A stretch of 64,000 nt of DNA from Pelagomonas calceolata (lineage: Eukaryota), in NCBI GenBank assembly GCA_918797485.1, contig CAKKNE010000002.1:5828001-5892000 (forward strand), given 5' to 3'. Position numbers and translations under genes: made by a program. The notes below the pieces were generated by a model. The model did not search any database and was not told where the DNA came from. It was given only the letters and a program-made list of their open reading frames with translations. Below, one piece after another: positions 29,544 to 40,018 of this stretch; the stretch's first letter is position 1, and each line of letters opens with the position of its first letter.

Positions 29544-31190
29544 TTACTCCATCCGCGCCTCCTCGCGCGCCCGGAGCCACGCGACGTCCCGCTGCACCGC
29601 GGCCAGCTGCTCGCGGAGCGCGTCGAGCGCCGCGGCGACGTCTGGTTGTTGAGGCTGCGCGAACCGCTCGGCGCGGAGCCGCGCGACCTCGGCCCTCTCA
29701 ACAGGCGCCGGTGAGCGCGGCGGCGACGCCGCGCCGGTCTCGGCGGCCGCGGACGCCGTCGCCGTCTCGTCCAACAGCAGGTCGAGCTCGCTCATCAGAA
29801 TGAAGCCGTCGCCGACGCGCAGATACTCGCCGTCGTCCGGCAGGGCCAGCACGTGCTCGCCGGCGGGCACCGTCCGCAGCGGCGGCGCCGCCGCGTCGCG
29901 CGTCGCCCGCACCGAAGCGCCGCCCGCGCGCGCCGTCCAGACGCGCGCGCCGCCGGACGGCGCCTGTGGCTCCTCCGCCGCCAAGTTGTGCTCGAGGCGC
30001 CGCAGCGCCGCCGCCAGCACGTCCTCGAGGCGCTGCGTGGGTTGCGGTTGCGCGGCCGCCGGCTGTTGTACGGCGCCGGCGCCTGGTTGCGCGGCCTCCG
30101 GCTGTCGAGGCGCGGCCCACCCCGCGCCGGGCTGCGGCTGCGCCTGCTCCTGCGCCGGCGGCTGCTGCGGAGCCGGCGCCGGCGCCTCGACGGGGATGTC
30201 CTGGCGGCACGTCGGGCACGACTGCTGCTGCTGGAGCCACAGCCGCAGACACGCGAAATGAAAGACGTGGCCGCAAGGTAACCGGCGCCCCTCGCTCATG
30301 TCGTCGCGACAGATGATGCAGATGCCGCCCGCCTCCCGTATTTCTTCCTCAGTAGCCGGGGGAAACCTTTCGTCCATGTTCGCCGTTAAGGCTCGGTACT
30401 TCTTGAAGGCTTGGAGCCGCTGTCGCAGTTGCACATACGACGCCCAGAGCTCCCTTACAATATGCAACGGTACGCCGTAGTAGGCAAACACTATAGAAAA
30501 GAAAACGACATAGGCCGCGAAGCGCAAAACTTCGGCAATGAAGTCCACAAAAAACGCGTACTGGGCCTTCGGGGGCCAGGTGCCATCGTAGCGTCTTTGC
30601 TCAATCGCATATAGTAAATACTTGCACGCGTCCGCGCCGAGGCCGGCTCCCAAAATAGCAAATTCAAAGCCGAATAGCAGTAAAACAGAAGGACCGTGCT
30701 TCAGGCACATGGCCGCGCAGCCGCCTAATGCGACGAGATCCACGACGCCCAACCAGAACATTAAAGCAGCCAACCGCCAGTGCTGCAAGGTGGACGTCTG
30801 CGGCGCGTGCTCGACGTGCTCCACTCTCGCATGGGCGAGCCAGTGGAAGACCTTGGCAAACAGTAAAGCCGTGAAGAGCGCAAACACCCTCGTCGTGAGC
30901 TCTTCCCGGAACACCGTCAATGCTAAACACGTCTCCGTGACTGCGTAGCGCGCGTTCTCGTGCAGTAGTTCGACCTCGGCCTCCCGTAACGACCCGAGAA
31001 ACACGGCCTTGGCCGACCGCCCCGCGAGCAGTGTGAGTACAATCACTTGGTTGCCCAGGGCTAACACACATAATTTGCTCGTCACTAGATAAACGACGGT
31101 AGGATAAAATTGTTCGCGCGTCGCCCAGGCGTAGCTGACGACGGCCGCCGTGACGGCCGAACTGCCGACGGTGTAGCGGGAGAAGACCAT
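29544..31190 (-). CDS. HRD1: ERAD E3 ubiquitin ligase HRD1/synoviolin
   Basis: REQFYPTVVYL, FLGSLREAEVE, YAVTETCLALTVFR, KVFHWL and multiple TMs, with RING-H2 CIICRDDM...LPCGHVFHFACLRLWLQQQQSCPTCR. Confidence 0.97.
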   Translation of the reverse strand: MVFSRYTVGSSAVTAAVVSYAWATREQFYPTVVYLVTSKLCVLALGNQVIVLTLLAGRSAKAVFLGSLREAEVELLHENARYAVTETCLALTVFREELTTRVFALFTALLFAKVFHWLAHARVEHVEHAPQTSTLQHWRLAALMFWLGVVDLVALGGCAAMCLKHGPSVLLLFGFEFAILGAGLGADACKYLLYAIEQRRYDGTWPPKAQYAFFVDFIAEVLRFAAYVVFFSIVFAYYGVPLHIVRELWASYVQLRQRLQAFKKYRALTANMDERFPPATEEEIREAGGICIICRDDMSEGRRLPCGHVFHFACLRLWLQQQQSCPTCRQDIPVEAPAPAPQQPPAQEQAQPQPGAGWAAPRQPEAAQPGAGAVQQPAAAQPQPTQRLEDVLAAALRRLEHNLAAEEPQAPSGGARVWTARAGGASVRATRDAAAPPLRTVPAGEHVLALPDDGEYLRVGDGFILMSELDLLLDETATASAAAETGAASPPRSPAPVERAEVARLRAERFAQPQQPDVAAALDALREQLAAVQRDVAWLRAREEARME

Positions 31191-31572
31191 GGTTTTTTTA
31201 CGAGCCGCGCGTCGCGTTATTCAGCAGCAGTTCTCCTTGGCCCCGGGGGCGCCGCGGCGGCGTCTTTTCTGGGCCTACCGCGCTGCGGTGAAGAAAATAA
31301 AGACGCGCACGTCCCGGCTCGTCCTCAAACGCCCCAGCGCCGTCCGAGCTCCCCTCCTTATGGGCTAGCTAGCGTTGCGACACACTAGGAATTTTGGCAG
31401 CTGTGCCGCGATTCCCTCGAAACGCGGTCTTTGCGGCCAAAATCGGGGTTCAGTTGGTGTACAGCATCGACTATTCTCCCAGACTGTCGCACGCAACCAT
31501 CCATTGCACATATAAGCCGCCACAAGCCCCCGCACAGCTATCCAAGCACAAGCACTGCCGAAACAGTCAAAG

Positions 31573-33303
31573 ATGCTCCGGCTCCTCCTTTTCGTCAGCA
31601 TTTGGGCCACTGCCTACGGAGGTAAGCAAGACAGGTCGTTTGCCCAGATCTCGATAGATGGCCCCGTGGACGCACAGCCCAACAAGGGCAGCGCCCTCGA
31701 CCAGGAGATCCAAGCGTTAGATGAATTAATCAAAGCACAGCAGAAGAAGCTCGCCGCGCTCGGCGCGCTGCGGAAGGCAGGCACCGCGCCGCCCGACGAC
31801 GACGAGGGCACGTGTGCCGCGCTTCGAGAGGCGTCGAGGGAGCTCGCATGCGGCTCGAACGAAAAACGACGGCGGGAAGCGCCGAAGGACGTGGATGATG
31901 TGTTGGTCATGCGCGGCGAAATCACGGCGTCGTCGATCTACGAGGTGCTTCCATTTAGAACGCGCGCGCGGCCCTCCCCTCAACCCATGCGCCGCAAGCG
32001 CGGCCATCAACAAACGAGGGCCCCGCGCTACGACTACGTCAATATTTTGGTAGTTGTGGCACCGGATGGAAAAGCGACGTTCCATGAGAGCGGCGGCGCC
32101 GTCGTCGCTACGATAGATCTAGAACAAAAGAACGTGAAAACTCTAGCGTTCGACGGCGGGGACCAGCCTTTATTAGCGACGGCGAACGACGACGGTGTGA
32201 GGTTGCACAACCTGACCTTGTGGCGGGGGGAGCGGGTGATCGCCGGCAGAAGGCCGCGCTACGTTTATGATGACGAGGCGCCGCCGCCGCCGATCCCGGA
32301 GCCGTCGACGCGCACGGCGTCGGGCCTGGGTCTGGTCATTGGACGCGAGGTCGACCTGGTCCCTCTACCGATGCAAGTAGCGACGAAGAAGGGTCTCGTC
32401 GAAAAGCCTTCACCACCCAAGTTAGTAACCGTCTTCCCCTGGCGCAGCGTCGGTGCACATATTGCGACGCTCGACGAAGGCGGTCGGTTCATTTTGTGGA
32501 CGCGCAACGGCACCCAGAGGGGGTCGTTAAATCTGACGGCGTCTTCACTCACACGGGCGGGCAGCACCTTCGCCGCCGCCTCCGACAACGTCGTGCGCTT
32601 CGTCAGCGCGGGGCGCTGGCAGACGATGGCTGTCGAGTGCCGCGGGCCCCCGGCACTCGTATCGGATGTGGTATTTGACCCCTTGCGGCCCGAGCTCGTG
32701 CATGTCGCTTATGAAACTGGTGTGATTTTAACCTTCCGCAAGCCGCCCGTCTACGATTATGACGACGTCGTGCAAGAAAGACAATGTAGGTTGGCGGGCA
32801 AGCTGCCACAGACGCCCCATATATCTTCGGTCAAGCTCGCGGCCGTGCGCGGGTTTCTCATATCAAGCTCGTCCACCCATATCGCGGTGCACAACACGTC
32901 CTCCTCGTCGCCCGAGCACTACTACCTCGTCGGGGCCAAGGCCGTCTCCCCAAAGAAGGCGCGCGACCTTAGAGCTACTGTCGTCTCCGGCATGTATGCG
33001 CCTGAAGTAGTATTGGCCTTCCGCGAGGATGCCCAGATCAAGGTCTACGAGTCTTTGTTAAAACACGAGCCGCCGCTGCCGGCCGACGTGGCCTGGATGC
33101 GCGTGCCGATCCTGCTCATCGGGTTGGTAGTGGTCTTCGGCGTCCAGGTGTTCCGGGGCGGCGGCGGCGGCGGGCGGCGGCGCGGCCGCGGCGGGCTGTC
33201 GCCGTCGGACATGGACCGTCTCAATCAAATGGCCGGGCTCATGGGCGACAACCGGGGGTTCGGATCGCCGGCCGCGCGGGGGCGCGACTTCCCGCCGTAC
33301 TAG
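31573..33303 (+). CDS. Type I membrane protein (signal peptide, short coiled coil, beta-propeller-like lumenal region, C-terminal TM)
   Basis: Signal MLRLLLFVSIWATAYG, a beta-strand-rich body, and TM VPILLIGLVVVFGVQVF followed by a basic/Gly tail. Confidence 0.7.
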   Translation: MLRLLLFVSIWATAYGGKQDRSFAQISIDGPVDAQPNKGSALDQEIQALDELIKAQQKKLAALGALRKAGTAPPDDDEGTCAALREASRELACGSNEKRRREAPKDVDDVLVMRGEITASSIYEVLPFRTRARPSPQPMRRKRGHQQTRAPRYDYVNILVVVAPDGKATFHESGGAVVATIDLEQKNVKTLAFDGGDQPLLATANDDGVRLHNLTLWRGERVIAGRRPRYVYDDEAPPPPIPEPSTRTASGLGLVIGREVDLVPLPMQVATKKGLVEKPSPPKLVTVFPWRSVGAHIATLDEGGRFILWTRNGTQRGSLNLTASSLTRAGSTFAAASDNVVRFVSAGRWQTMAVECRGPPALVSDVVFDPLRPELVHVAYETGVILTFRKPPVYDYDDVVQERQCRLAGKLPQTPHISSVKLAAVRGFLISSSSTHIAVHNTSSSSPEHYYLVGAKAVSPKKARDLRATVVSGMYAPEVVLAFREDAQIKVYESLLKHEPPLPADVAWMRVPILLIGLVVVFGVQVFRGGGGGGRRRGRGGLSPSDMDRLNQMAGLMGDNRGFGSPAARGRDFPPY

Positions 33304-33619
33304 GCGGTGCCGCGGTAAAGTTTTGGTCCAAAGCTGAGAGCAGCCGCTCTCTGCCTGATTATAGTGGGTACTAGTAGGTAGCCCGATTAACGAAGGCAGA
33401 CTTCTCAACGTCGGGAGCTCGCTACTGGGAGAGGATCGATGAGGCGGCGCCTCGTCCACATATGTAAGCATTTGCCTATTTATTTTTTTGTTGTCTCGAG
33501 CGGAGGCCCATAGGCGCGCGCCGAGCCCCGACCACGATAAAATCGCGCGCGCGGGCGCTGATAAGACCAACAACGCAAAGCCACACAAATTTTAAGCGCG
33601 CGCGCGGCCACACGGGGCA

Positions 33620-36600
33620 TCAAGTCGGGGCATCAAGTCGCGGGGCGGGCGCGGGCGCCACTACTGGCCTCGTACTCGTGCGAGTCCAGGAAAGAAATGA
33701 CGGCAGGGACATCAGGGACGGTCGGCGCGCGACCTCCGCGTGCCGGCCCGGCCGCACCGCGGTCGGCGCCTCGACGTCGCCGCCGTCGTCGGCCGCCTCG
33801 GGCGCGGTATCGACAGCAGTCTTCTTGCCGCTGAAGGATGCGTAGTTCGAGGCGCGCGCGATGGAGTAGAGGCGGTGCGACGCTTTTTGCTTGTCGTAGA
33901 TGGCCTTCGGGACAATCTGCACCTCGACGATCAGCGGGGCGAGGCCCGGCGGGGCTGGCGGCTGGAACGCGAGGTTGACGAGCAAGTTGAACGGCTTTAC
34001 GCGCCCCGCGAGCTTGTTCTTGAGGCGGACGACCTTGAAAATGTCATCTTTCGCGAGCGCTTCGTACGCCGCGACAACCTGCTCCGCTCCGGCGACGACC
34101 ACGGAGGCTCGGAGGCAGTCGCCCAGCTTTTCCGCGCGCGGCCAGGGCTTGGCCTCGCGGCGATATTCGTCGACCTTGGCGCGCATGCGCGTCTTCTTTT
34201 TAATGGCGACGTCCGCGGCACACTCGAGCTCGACGCCCTCCGTGCCCGGGGGAAAGAGCTTCTCCAGCGCTTTTTTGAAGGCGGGAAACGCGGCGTTCGC
34301 CAGGTCGTGGAGCGCGCCGACGCAGACGCTCGCGTCGAGCTCGGACTCGAGCGCGGCGCCGCCCACCTTATCCTTGAAGGCGACGAGCTCGGCGCTCCGC
34401 AGCGCCGGCTGGTCCGTCCCGTTGTCGAAAGACTTGAGCGCGACGACGTCGGCGCCCCGGGGCTCGTCGAGGACCTTGGCTGCTGCCTCCGCGATGCGCG
34501 CCTGGGCCTGCTGGTTCAGGTCGTGCGCGATGAGCGCCAGGTCCACGAACCGCTCGAGGCGCCGCGGCTCCCGCGCGGATGCGAAGGCGCGGACAATTTG
34601 GATCTTCGTCGCCGCCCGCCGGAACTTCGCCAGGCCCGAGGCGAGATTTTCCTCGCGCGTCGGCGCGACGTCGTCGGGATCCGACGCCTCCCGCAGCAGC
34701 GAGCGTGCCGAGGACACTCCGGACGACGAGCGCGACAAGCTGAACGAAGACGGCGACGTCGGCGACTTGGGGGGCGAATGCAAGTTGGCGAGAGAGGTCG
34801 ATATTTGGTCAGACTTGTTCCTCGCCAGGGCCGCCAGGTGGAGCACGGGGTTCTCTTTCCGCGAATGCCATAGCTTCTGCGGGTGCTGGTCGTCGAGTTC
34901 GAAGAAGGGCTTCAGCACCTCGGCGTAGACGCGCAGGAGGGTGATCGGGGCGCCGCCCGGTGGCTGCGCGCGCCGGAGCCGCTCGAAGGCCGCGGTCGGG
35001 CTCAGGCACTCTTCCGTCAGTGTCGCGGCGAGCGGACCGGCGACGATATCCACGGACCGCTCGACGGCGCCGGCGTCGATGGCACCGTCCCCGCCCGCCT
35101 TCTTCGCGCGGGCGAGCATCGACTCCACGTGCCACTGCAGCACCTCCTCGGCGTGCACCTCGGGCGCCCAGACGCCCTCGAGCGCCAGCAGCGTCCCGGT
35201 GAAGTACGTCCAGGACTCGTCCCTGAGCTTGCCGTCGAACGCCTCCCTGAGAATTTGCCTCGACCTCTTGCGGACGTCCTCGCGGATCGCCTCCGCGTGC
35301 GCGCTCCGCAGCAGCTCCTCGACCTCCTCGGCCTCGACGGGCTCGTGCGCCTGGAGCCGCCGGGCGACGCCCCGGTAGCTCTCCGACACGAACGCCTGGT
35401 AGGCGAGGGGGAGCGAGGCCACGTTCAGCAGGAAGACGAGCGTGACCATCCATAACGCGTCTTTGCTGTCCTCGATCAAGTCGCCGACCAGGCAGACCGA
35501 GAGCAGCACGATCGAGAGCGCGAACCGCATCAGCGCCTCGACGACGTGCTGCAGGCCCGACGACGCGTAGGGTTTCAGCTGCAGCACGAACGTCCGGTGG
35601 ATGATCGTGACGATGAGGCAGAGCACGATGGAGATCTTGACGTCCGCCTTGAACCGGAAGAACCCCGTCACGAGCGACCGCAGGAAGATGGCTAGGACCT
35701 CGAACCACCAGTACTCCGCCTTGAGGTTATTCGTCAGAAACGCCAGCGCGCCGTCATCGACGTGGCGCGGGTCCTTGCGCTGCTCCTCCCCCCCGGCGGC
35801 GAGCCGGCGCGGCCGCCACAGCACGAGGAACAGGCACAGCGGAAACGTGACGTAGATCACCGCGCAGACAATCGCGTACGCCTTGTGGGCCTCGTAGCCC
35901 GGCCCGGAGCACCGGATGCTGTAGTCGCTGACCAGGAATTTGCGGTCGAAGGGTTCGTACTTCACGGTGCAGTTGAATATCTGGAAGATGGCGCAGCAGA
36001 TGGCGCTGTGGAACAGGCTGATCAGCAGCATCCACTTGGAGAGCACGCCGCCCAGGTCCTGGCGCACGGCCGCTGCGACTCTCCGATGGAGCGGGACGGC
36101 CTCCGCCGCCGCGCCTTCTTCCGCGAGGGCGTTCTGCGGTGCCGCGGGAGCGCCGCACGCCACGACGCGCGCGACCGCGCGGACGACGGCACAAACGATG
36201 AAGACGAGCAGTAAGGCCGGTGCCCCAAGCGTCGCCAACATCAGGAAATGGAAATAGTTGTACGTTCTGTAGCACTGCGCGATGCTGTGAAGCGACGACA
36301 GGTCGAACGTGAAGACGTCGAGGGCGCGCATGACCAATTGGGAAAATCCTGGAAGGGGAACTTGGTGGATGGAGACGAAGCGCGACATCGTCATGGCGAA
36401 GTAGACAAACTGGATCAGCACCGCTTCGAACCACTGGCGGTTGAAGCGGCTCCGGAGCCGCCGTATGCCGAGGATGACGAGCGCCCACGCGACGATCATC
36501 AGCAGGACAGTTAAAAGTTGTTTCATTTGCTCGCCGATCCTGTCGCAGCGTACGCACTCGGACACTGCTTTGAGATCCTCCTTGGTTTTGCTATTGCGAA

Positions 36601-39600
36601 AGTAACCCGACCGGCATAGCATGCACAGCGGGCCGTGGGCGTGGGTTTTGCAGAGACCGTTACCATACCCCTCCAGTCCCGGAGAAGAGCCCCGACAGGC
36701 GTCGTCGTCTTCCGGACATCGATAGACGGACGTCGACTCGGGACTGAAACGAAAGAAGTGTTCCTTGACCTCGAGCGTCGCCACGGTCGTGCCGTTCGCC
36801 GCGTTGCACCTTGCGCCCTTCAGCACATAAGCACCCACGTTCTGCCCGCACTGTCGACAGAACCCATCCACCAGGACCCATCCCTGCCGGCAGCACATGG
36901 CCGCGCCGCTCTCGGGCGCGTAGAAATTCTTTGGGCACGGCTCGCAGGGCGTCGGGCCGGTCGCGCTCTTGAACGTCCCGGGGCGACAGGCCTCGCAGCC
37001 TCCCGTCGATTCGTCGAAGAAGCTGCCCTCCGGGCACCCCGTCAAGTCGCATGCGCAGCCCACCGCGCGACCCCCGTCGTAGCAGCCCGGGCCCTGTAAC
37101 CCGCTCGTCGGCTCGCACGTGAAGCCCTGCTCCTCACACTCGCCGCCAACGACGGGGCACGCGTCGACGGCGTACGCGGTCGCTGCGAGGCCGGTGTACG
37201 TCTCGCCGACGTCGTTCCTGTCCGTCTCGAGGGAGACGCTGATGCCCGACGACGCGATGTCGTAGGACTTTTGGAAGGAAGTACTTGTGAGCTCTATGTC
37301 GGTGGCACCGGTGCTCCGGATGACCACCATGTCGCCCTCCTTCGCGGCCGACCGATACGGCTCGAGGTCTAGCGTCTCCACGACGACGCGGACGCTTCGA
37401 CCCGCGGCGGCCTGGAACTCCCAGGTGCAGTCCGCCGCGGCGGGCACCGGCTCGCCCGGCGCCTGCGAGACCATGACCATCGATTCGCCCGTGACCTTAG
37501 GCGCACCATCAAGGCAGTGCGGCACGGTGCAGGCGAGCCCGCCGTAGCCTGTGTCGCAGACGCACGTTCCTCCGTCGTCGCATGTCCCGTGGCCGCCGCA
37601 GTCCGCGTTACTCGCACAGGTGACGCTTTTGGCAACGTAGGTCGCACTGAACCCGCCGCGCCGGCCCCTCGAATCCGACGTAAAGACCAGGCTGGCCTTG
37701 CCGTCCGTCGTCGGCACCAGGATCGTGGCCGTGTCTTCGCCGGAGAGGCGCGCCCAGGTAACGTCACCGCTGTTTACAGATACAAAGTCAAAGGTCGGCT
37801 CGACGTCGTACGTGACAGTGAAGGACACATACCCGAAGCTCGTCCCGACGTCCGCGACGAAGTGGCACTCGGCCGAGTTGGGGTACGGCTCGTCGCGGTC
37901 GGGCGCCGTCGGCGACGAGCGGAATTCGCCCGTCGGGCCCGTCAGCGTCGTCGTGCCGAGGCAGGTCGCGAGCGAGCAGTCGGCGCCGCCGTAGCCCGCG
38001 TCGCACGTGCAGAGGCCCGAGGCGGCGTCACACTTTCCATTGCCGCAGGTCGAGTGGTCGGCGGCACACACCAAAGCTTCCGCGTCGTAGGAAGCGCTCC
38101 AGCCGTCCGTCAACAAGTAGTTGAAGGCGCGCTCCGTGACGCCGTCCGTCGTGAACTTGACGGTCATGTCGCCGGTCGTACGCAGCGGCGGCCAGGCGCG
38201 GTCGAAGCCGTGGAGCTTCGCGACGAGCGTCGAGCCGTCGAAGACCTCGACGAAGTCGCCCGTCCAGACGCGAAACACGGTGAACGTCAGCTCGACGACG
38301 CCGCCGGACGCGATGCGCCACTCGCACGCGAGGTTGTTCGAGTATGATGTCGTGGCACCATCGGTCAACGTTCCAGTCGTCGCCGTCAAATCCACTGTGC
38401 CAGAGCAGGTCGAGTCGGCGCTTTCTGGTATTGACGTGACGCCCGTACCGGCCGTGTCGAGGACGCTAGCCGGTATGCTAGCGAGGCCGTCCGCGAGAGA
38501 TTGAGCAGAAGTCGTCGCCGCGTAGAACGCGTCCTCGTCGACAGTGCCCGCCGGCGCGACCGCCGCGACGGTGTTCGTTTCGAGGTGGAACCGCGCCGTC
38601 GCCTTGAGCGCCGCGGCGATGCCTCCTCCGAGATAATCCGGGCCCTGCATCGTATCTGGAGAAACGAAGGAGAAGTACGAGAGGCCCGCCGCCGCCGTGT
38701 CGAGCTCGGCCTGCGTCGGCGAGGCCGAGGCGCCGTACGCGGCCGCGACGTCAGCCACGAAGCCGCCCGCGCCCGCGCCCCAGCGCGTCGAGGCGTCGTC
38801 GAGGTAGTCCGCGTCCAGCCGCGCGATGACGCCCGCGACGCGCTCGAGGACGTCGGGCCGCCGCGCGGCGAAGTCCGCGCGCGCGCTGATCGTGTTGAAC
38901 GTGGGCTTGCCCCAGTCGCTGAGCACTTGCGCCTGTTTGTTTTTCGTGAGCCTTCCTCTCGCGGTGTTGCGTCGACGGTGCCATCTCTCGTTCTCTCTTC
39001 TCTCTCTCTCTTGGTGGCGGTGGACCCGCGTCGACGGCGTCCAGCCATCGCTGCGGGCCATCCGGACGCTATCGACGCGCATGAAGGTGCCGTGAAATTT
39101 GATTCGCGCACCGCCCCGCGCCGGGAAGAGCATCGTGGCGTTGCGCTGGACCAGGCCGTCGATCCAGCCGCCCCAGACGAAGGCGCCGTCGATCGTGCCG
39201 GCGTCGTACAGGTCCAGGGGGTTCAGCCCGTTTAAATCGATTATGTCAAATCTCACGTCCGGGAACAGCGTCTGGATGTACATCATGTGGTAGTGCGCCG
39301 TCGAGCCAAAGGGCGTGCCGAACGTCCGCCCGTCGAGGTCCGGCGGCGATTGGATTTCGGGCCGCACCAACAACCCCTGCGACGAGCCCTTCTCGTGGGC
39401 CACGTATAAGTGCTTGATGTCGACGCCCCGCGCGACGGCGAAGGCCGCGGGCGTCGACCCGAGCAGCGCCACCTCGAGGTCGCCTTCGTCCAGCTTCGAG
39501 ACCACGAAGCCGCCGCTCGCCTGCGGCAGGCACGCCACCTCCACATCAGAAAAGTCGAACCAGCCGCGCGCGCACGCGACCTGGAACGGCTGCGCTTCCC

Positions 39601-39667
39601 CAAAGTAGCCGAGGCGCACCACCTCCGCCGACGCCGCCGCCGCGAGCGTCCATAACAGGCTGTTCAT
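33620..39667 (-). CDS. Multidomain receptor: TauA-like solute-binding domain, CUB/EGF repeats, Cys-rich region, ~9 TM, RelA/SpoT-like nucleotidyltransferase
   Basis: ATG 39667 gives signal MNSLLWTLAAAASA. Removing a probable in-frame GC-AG intron 39121-38933 leaves ~1950 aa. TauA-like: ASGGFVVSKLDEGDLEVALLGSTP, PFGSTAHY, GTIDGAFVW, WGKPTF. CUB: YSNNLACEWRI, YPNSAECHF. EGF: CTCDAGYGGADC. C-terminal KKKTRMRAK, LGDCLRA, RLKNK, IVEVQI. Confidence 0.85.
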   Translation of the reverse strand: MNSLLWTLAAAASAEVVRLGYFGEAQPFQVACARGWFDFSDVEVACLPQASGGFVVSKLDEGDLEVALLGSTPAAFAVARGVDIKHLYVAHEKGSSQGLLVRPEIQSPPDLDGRTFGTPFGSTAHYHMMYIQTLFPDVRFDIIDLNGLNPLDLYDAGTIDGAFVWGGWIDGLVQRNATMLFPARGGARIKFHGTFMRVDSVRMARSDGWTPSTRVHRHQERERRENERWHRRRNTARGRLTKNKQAQVLSDWGKPTFNTISARADFAARRPDVLERVAGVIARLDADYLDDASTRWGAGAGGFVADVAAAYGASASPTQAELDTAAAGLSYFSFVSPDTMQGPDYLGGGIAAALKATARFHLETNTVAAVAPAGTVDEDAFYAATTSAQSLADGLASIPASVLDTAGTGVTSIPESADSTCSGTVDLTATTGTLTDGATTSYSNNLACEWRIASGGVVELTFTVFRVWTGDFVEVFDGSTLVAKLHGFDRAWPPLRTTGDMTVKFTTDGVTERAFNYLLTDGWSASYDAEALVCAADHSTCGNGKCDAASGLCTCDAGYGGADCSLATCLGTTTLTGPTGEFRSSPTAPDRDEPYPNSAECHFVADVGTSFGYVSFTVTYDVEPTFDFVSVNSGDVTWARLSGEDTATILVPTTDGKASLVFTSDSRGRRGGFSATYVAKSVTCASNADCGGHGTCDDGGTCVCDTGYGGLACTVPHCLDGAPKVTGESMVMVSQAPGEPVPAAADCTWEFQAAAGRSVRVVVETLDLEPYRSAAKEGDMVVIRSTGATDIELTSTSFQKSYDIASSGISVSLETDRNDVGETYTGLAATAYAVDACPVVGGECEEQGFTCEPTSGLQGPGCYDGGRAVGCACDLTGCPEGSFFDESTGGCEACRPGTFKSATGPTPCEPCPKNFYAPESGAAMCCRQGWVLVDGFCRQCGQNVGAYVLKGARCNAANGTTVATLEVKEHFFRFSPESTSVYRCPEDDDACRGSSPGLEGYGNGLCKTHAHGPLCMLCRSGYFRNSKTKEDLKAVSECVRCDRIGEQMKQLLTVLLMIVAWALVILGIRRLRSRFNRQWFEAVLIQFVYFAMTMSRFVSIHQVPLPGFSQLVMRALDVFTFDLSSLHSIAQCYRTYNYFHFLMLATLGAPALLLVFIVCAVVRAVARVVACGAPAAPQNALAEEGAAAEAVPLHRRVAAAVRQDLGGVLSKWMLLISLFHSAICCAIFQIFNCTVKYEPFDRKFLVSDYSIRCSGPGYEAHKAYAIVCAVIYVTFPLCLFLVLWRPRRLAAGGEEQRKDPRHVDDGALAFLTNNLKAEYWWFEVLAIFLRSLVTGFFRFKADVKISIVLCLIVTIIHRTFVLQLKPYASSGLQHVVEALMRFALSIVLLSVCLVGDLIEDSKDALWMVTLVFLLNVASLPLAYQAFVSESYRGVARRLQAHEPVEAEEVEELLRSAHAEAIREDVRKRSRQILREAFDGKLRDESWTYFTGTLLALEGVWAPEVHAEEVLQWHVESMLARAKKAGGDGAIDAGAVERSVDIVAGPLAATLTEECLSPTAAFERLRRAQPPGGAPITLLRVYAEVLKPFFELDDQHPQKLWHSRKENPVLHLAALARNKSDQISTSLANLHSPPKSPTSPSSFSLSRSSSGVSSARSLLREASDPDDVAPTREENLASGLAKFRRAATKIQIVRAFASAREPRRLERFVDLALIAHDLNQQAQARIAEAAAKVLDEPRGADVVALKSFDNGTDQPALRSAELVAFKDKVGGAALESELDASVCVGALHDLANAAFPAFKKALEKLFPPGTEGVELECAADVAIKKKTRMRAKVDEYRREAKPWPRAEKLGDCLRASVVVAGAEQVVAAYEALAKDDIFKVVRLKNKLAGRVKPFNLLVNLAFQPPAPPGLAPLIVEVQIVPKAIYDKQKASHRLYSIARASNYASFSGKKTAVDTAPEAADDGGDVEAPTAVRPGRHAEVARRPSLMSLPSFLSWTRTSTRPVVAPAPAPRLDAPT

Positions 39668-40018
39668 GGTCTGCCCATGGGGCTGCTCTTGTCCGTTGCC
39701 GCTCGGGCAGCCTCCGAGTGCTCGGAAGTGGGCCTCGTCGAGGCCACGTCCGGACGCTTGGTCGCGAGAACGCCTTGCAACGCCTTGCTCGCAATCAAAT
39801 GGGCTGTTCGCGCTGCACAGGATTTTGCCGCACAAGTTCCTGTGCGGGATTATTCGAAACCTGCCCGCGCGAGGGATATACGGCCTGCGGCTAGAGAGGT
39901 CTCGACTTTAAAGTGCTAGTGTCTTTCTCAGCTAGGCTGTGCTTTGGTTTGAACGCGGAGGCTGCCTCTCTCTACGAACGCCGCAGCCATCTGAGCTCGA
40001 TCGATCCGTGAATATAAG

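Noticed and set aside
39668..39835. 5' extensions of ORFs from non-ATG starts (also 6209, 47502, 59013)
   Set aside because: Eukaryotic context; downstream ATGs give clean signal, transit or myristoylation N-termini.
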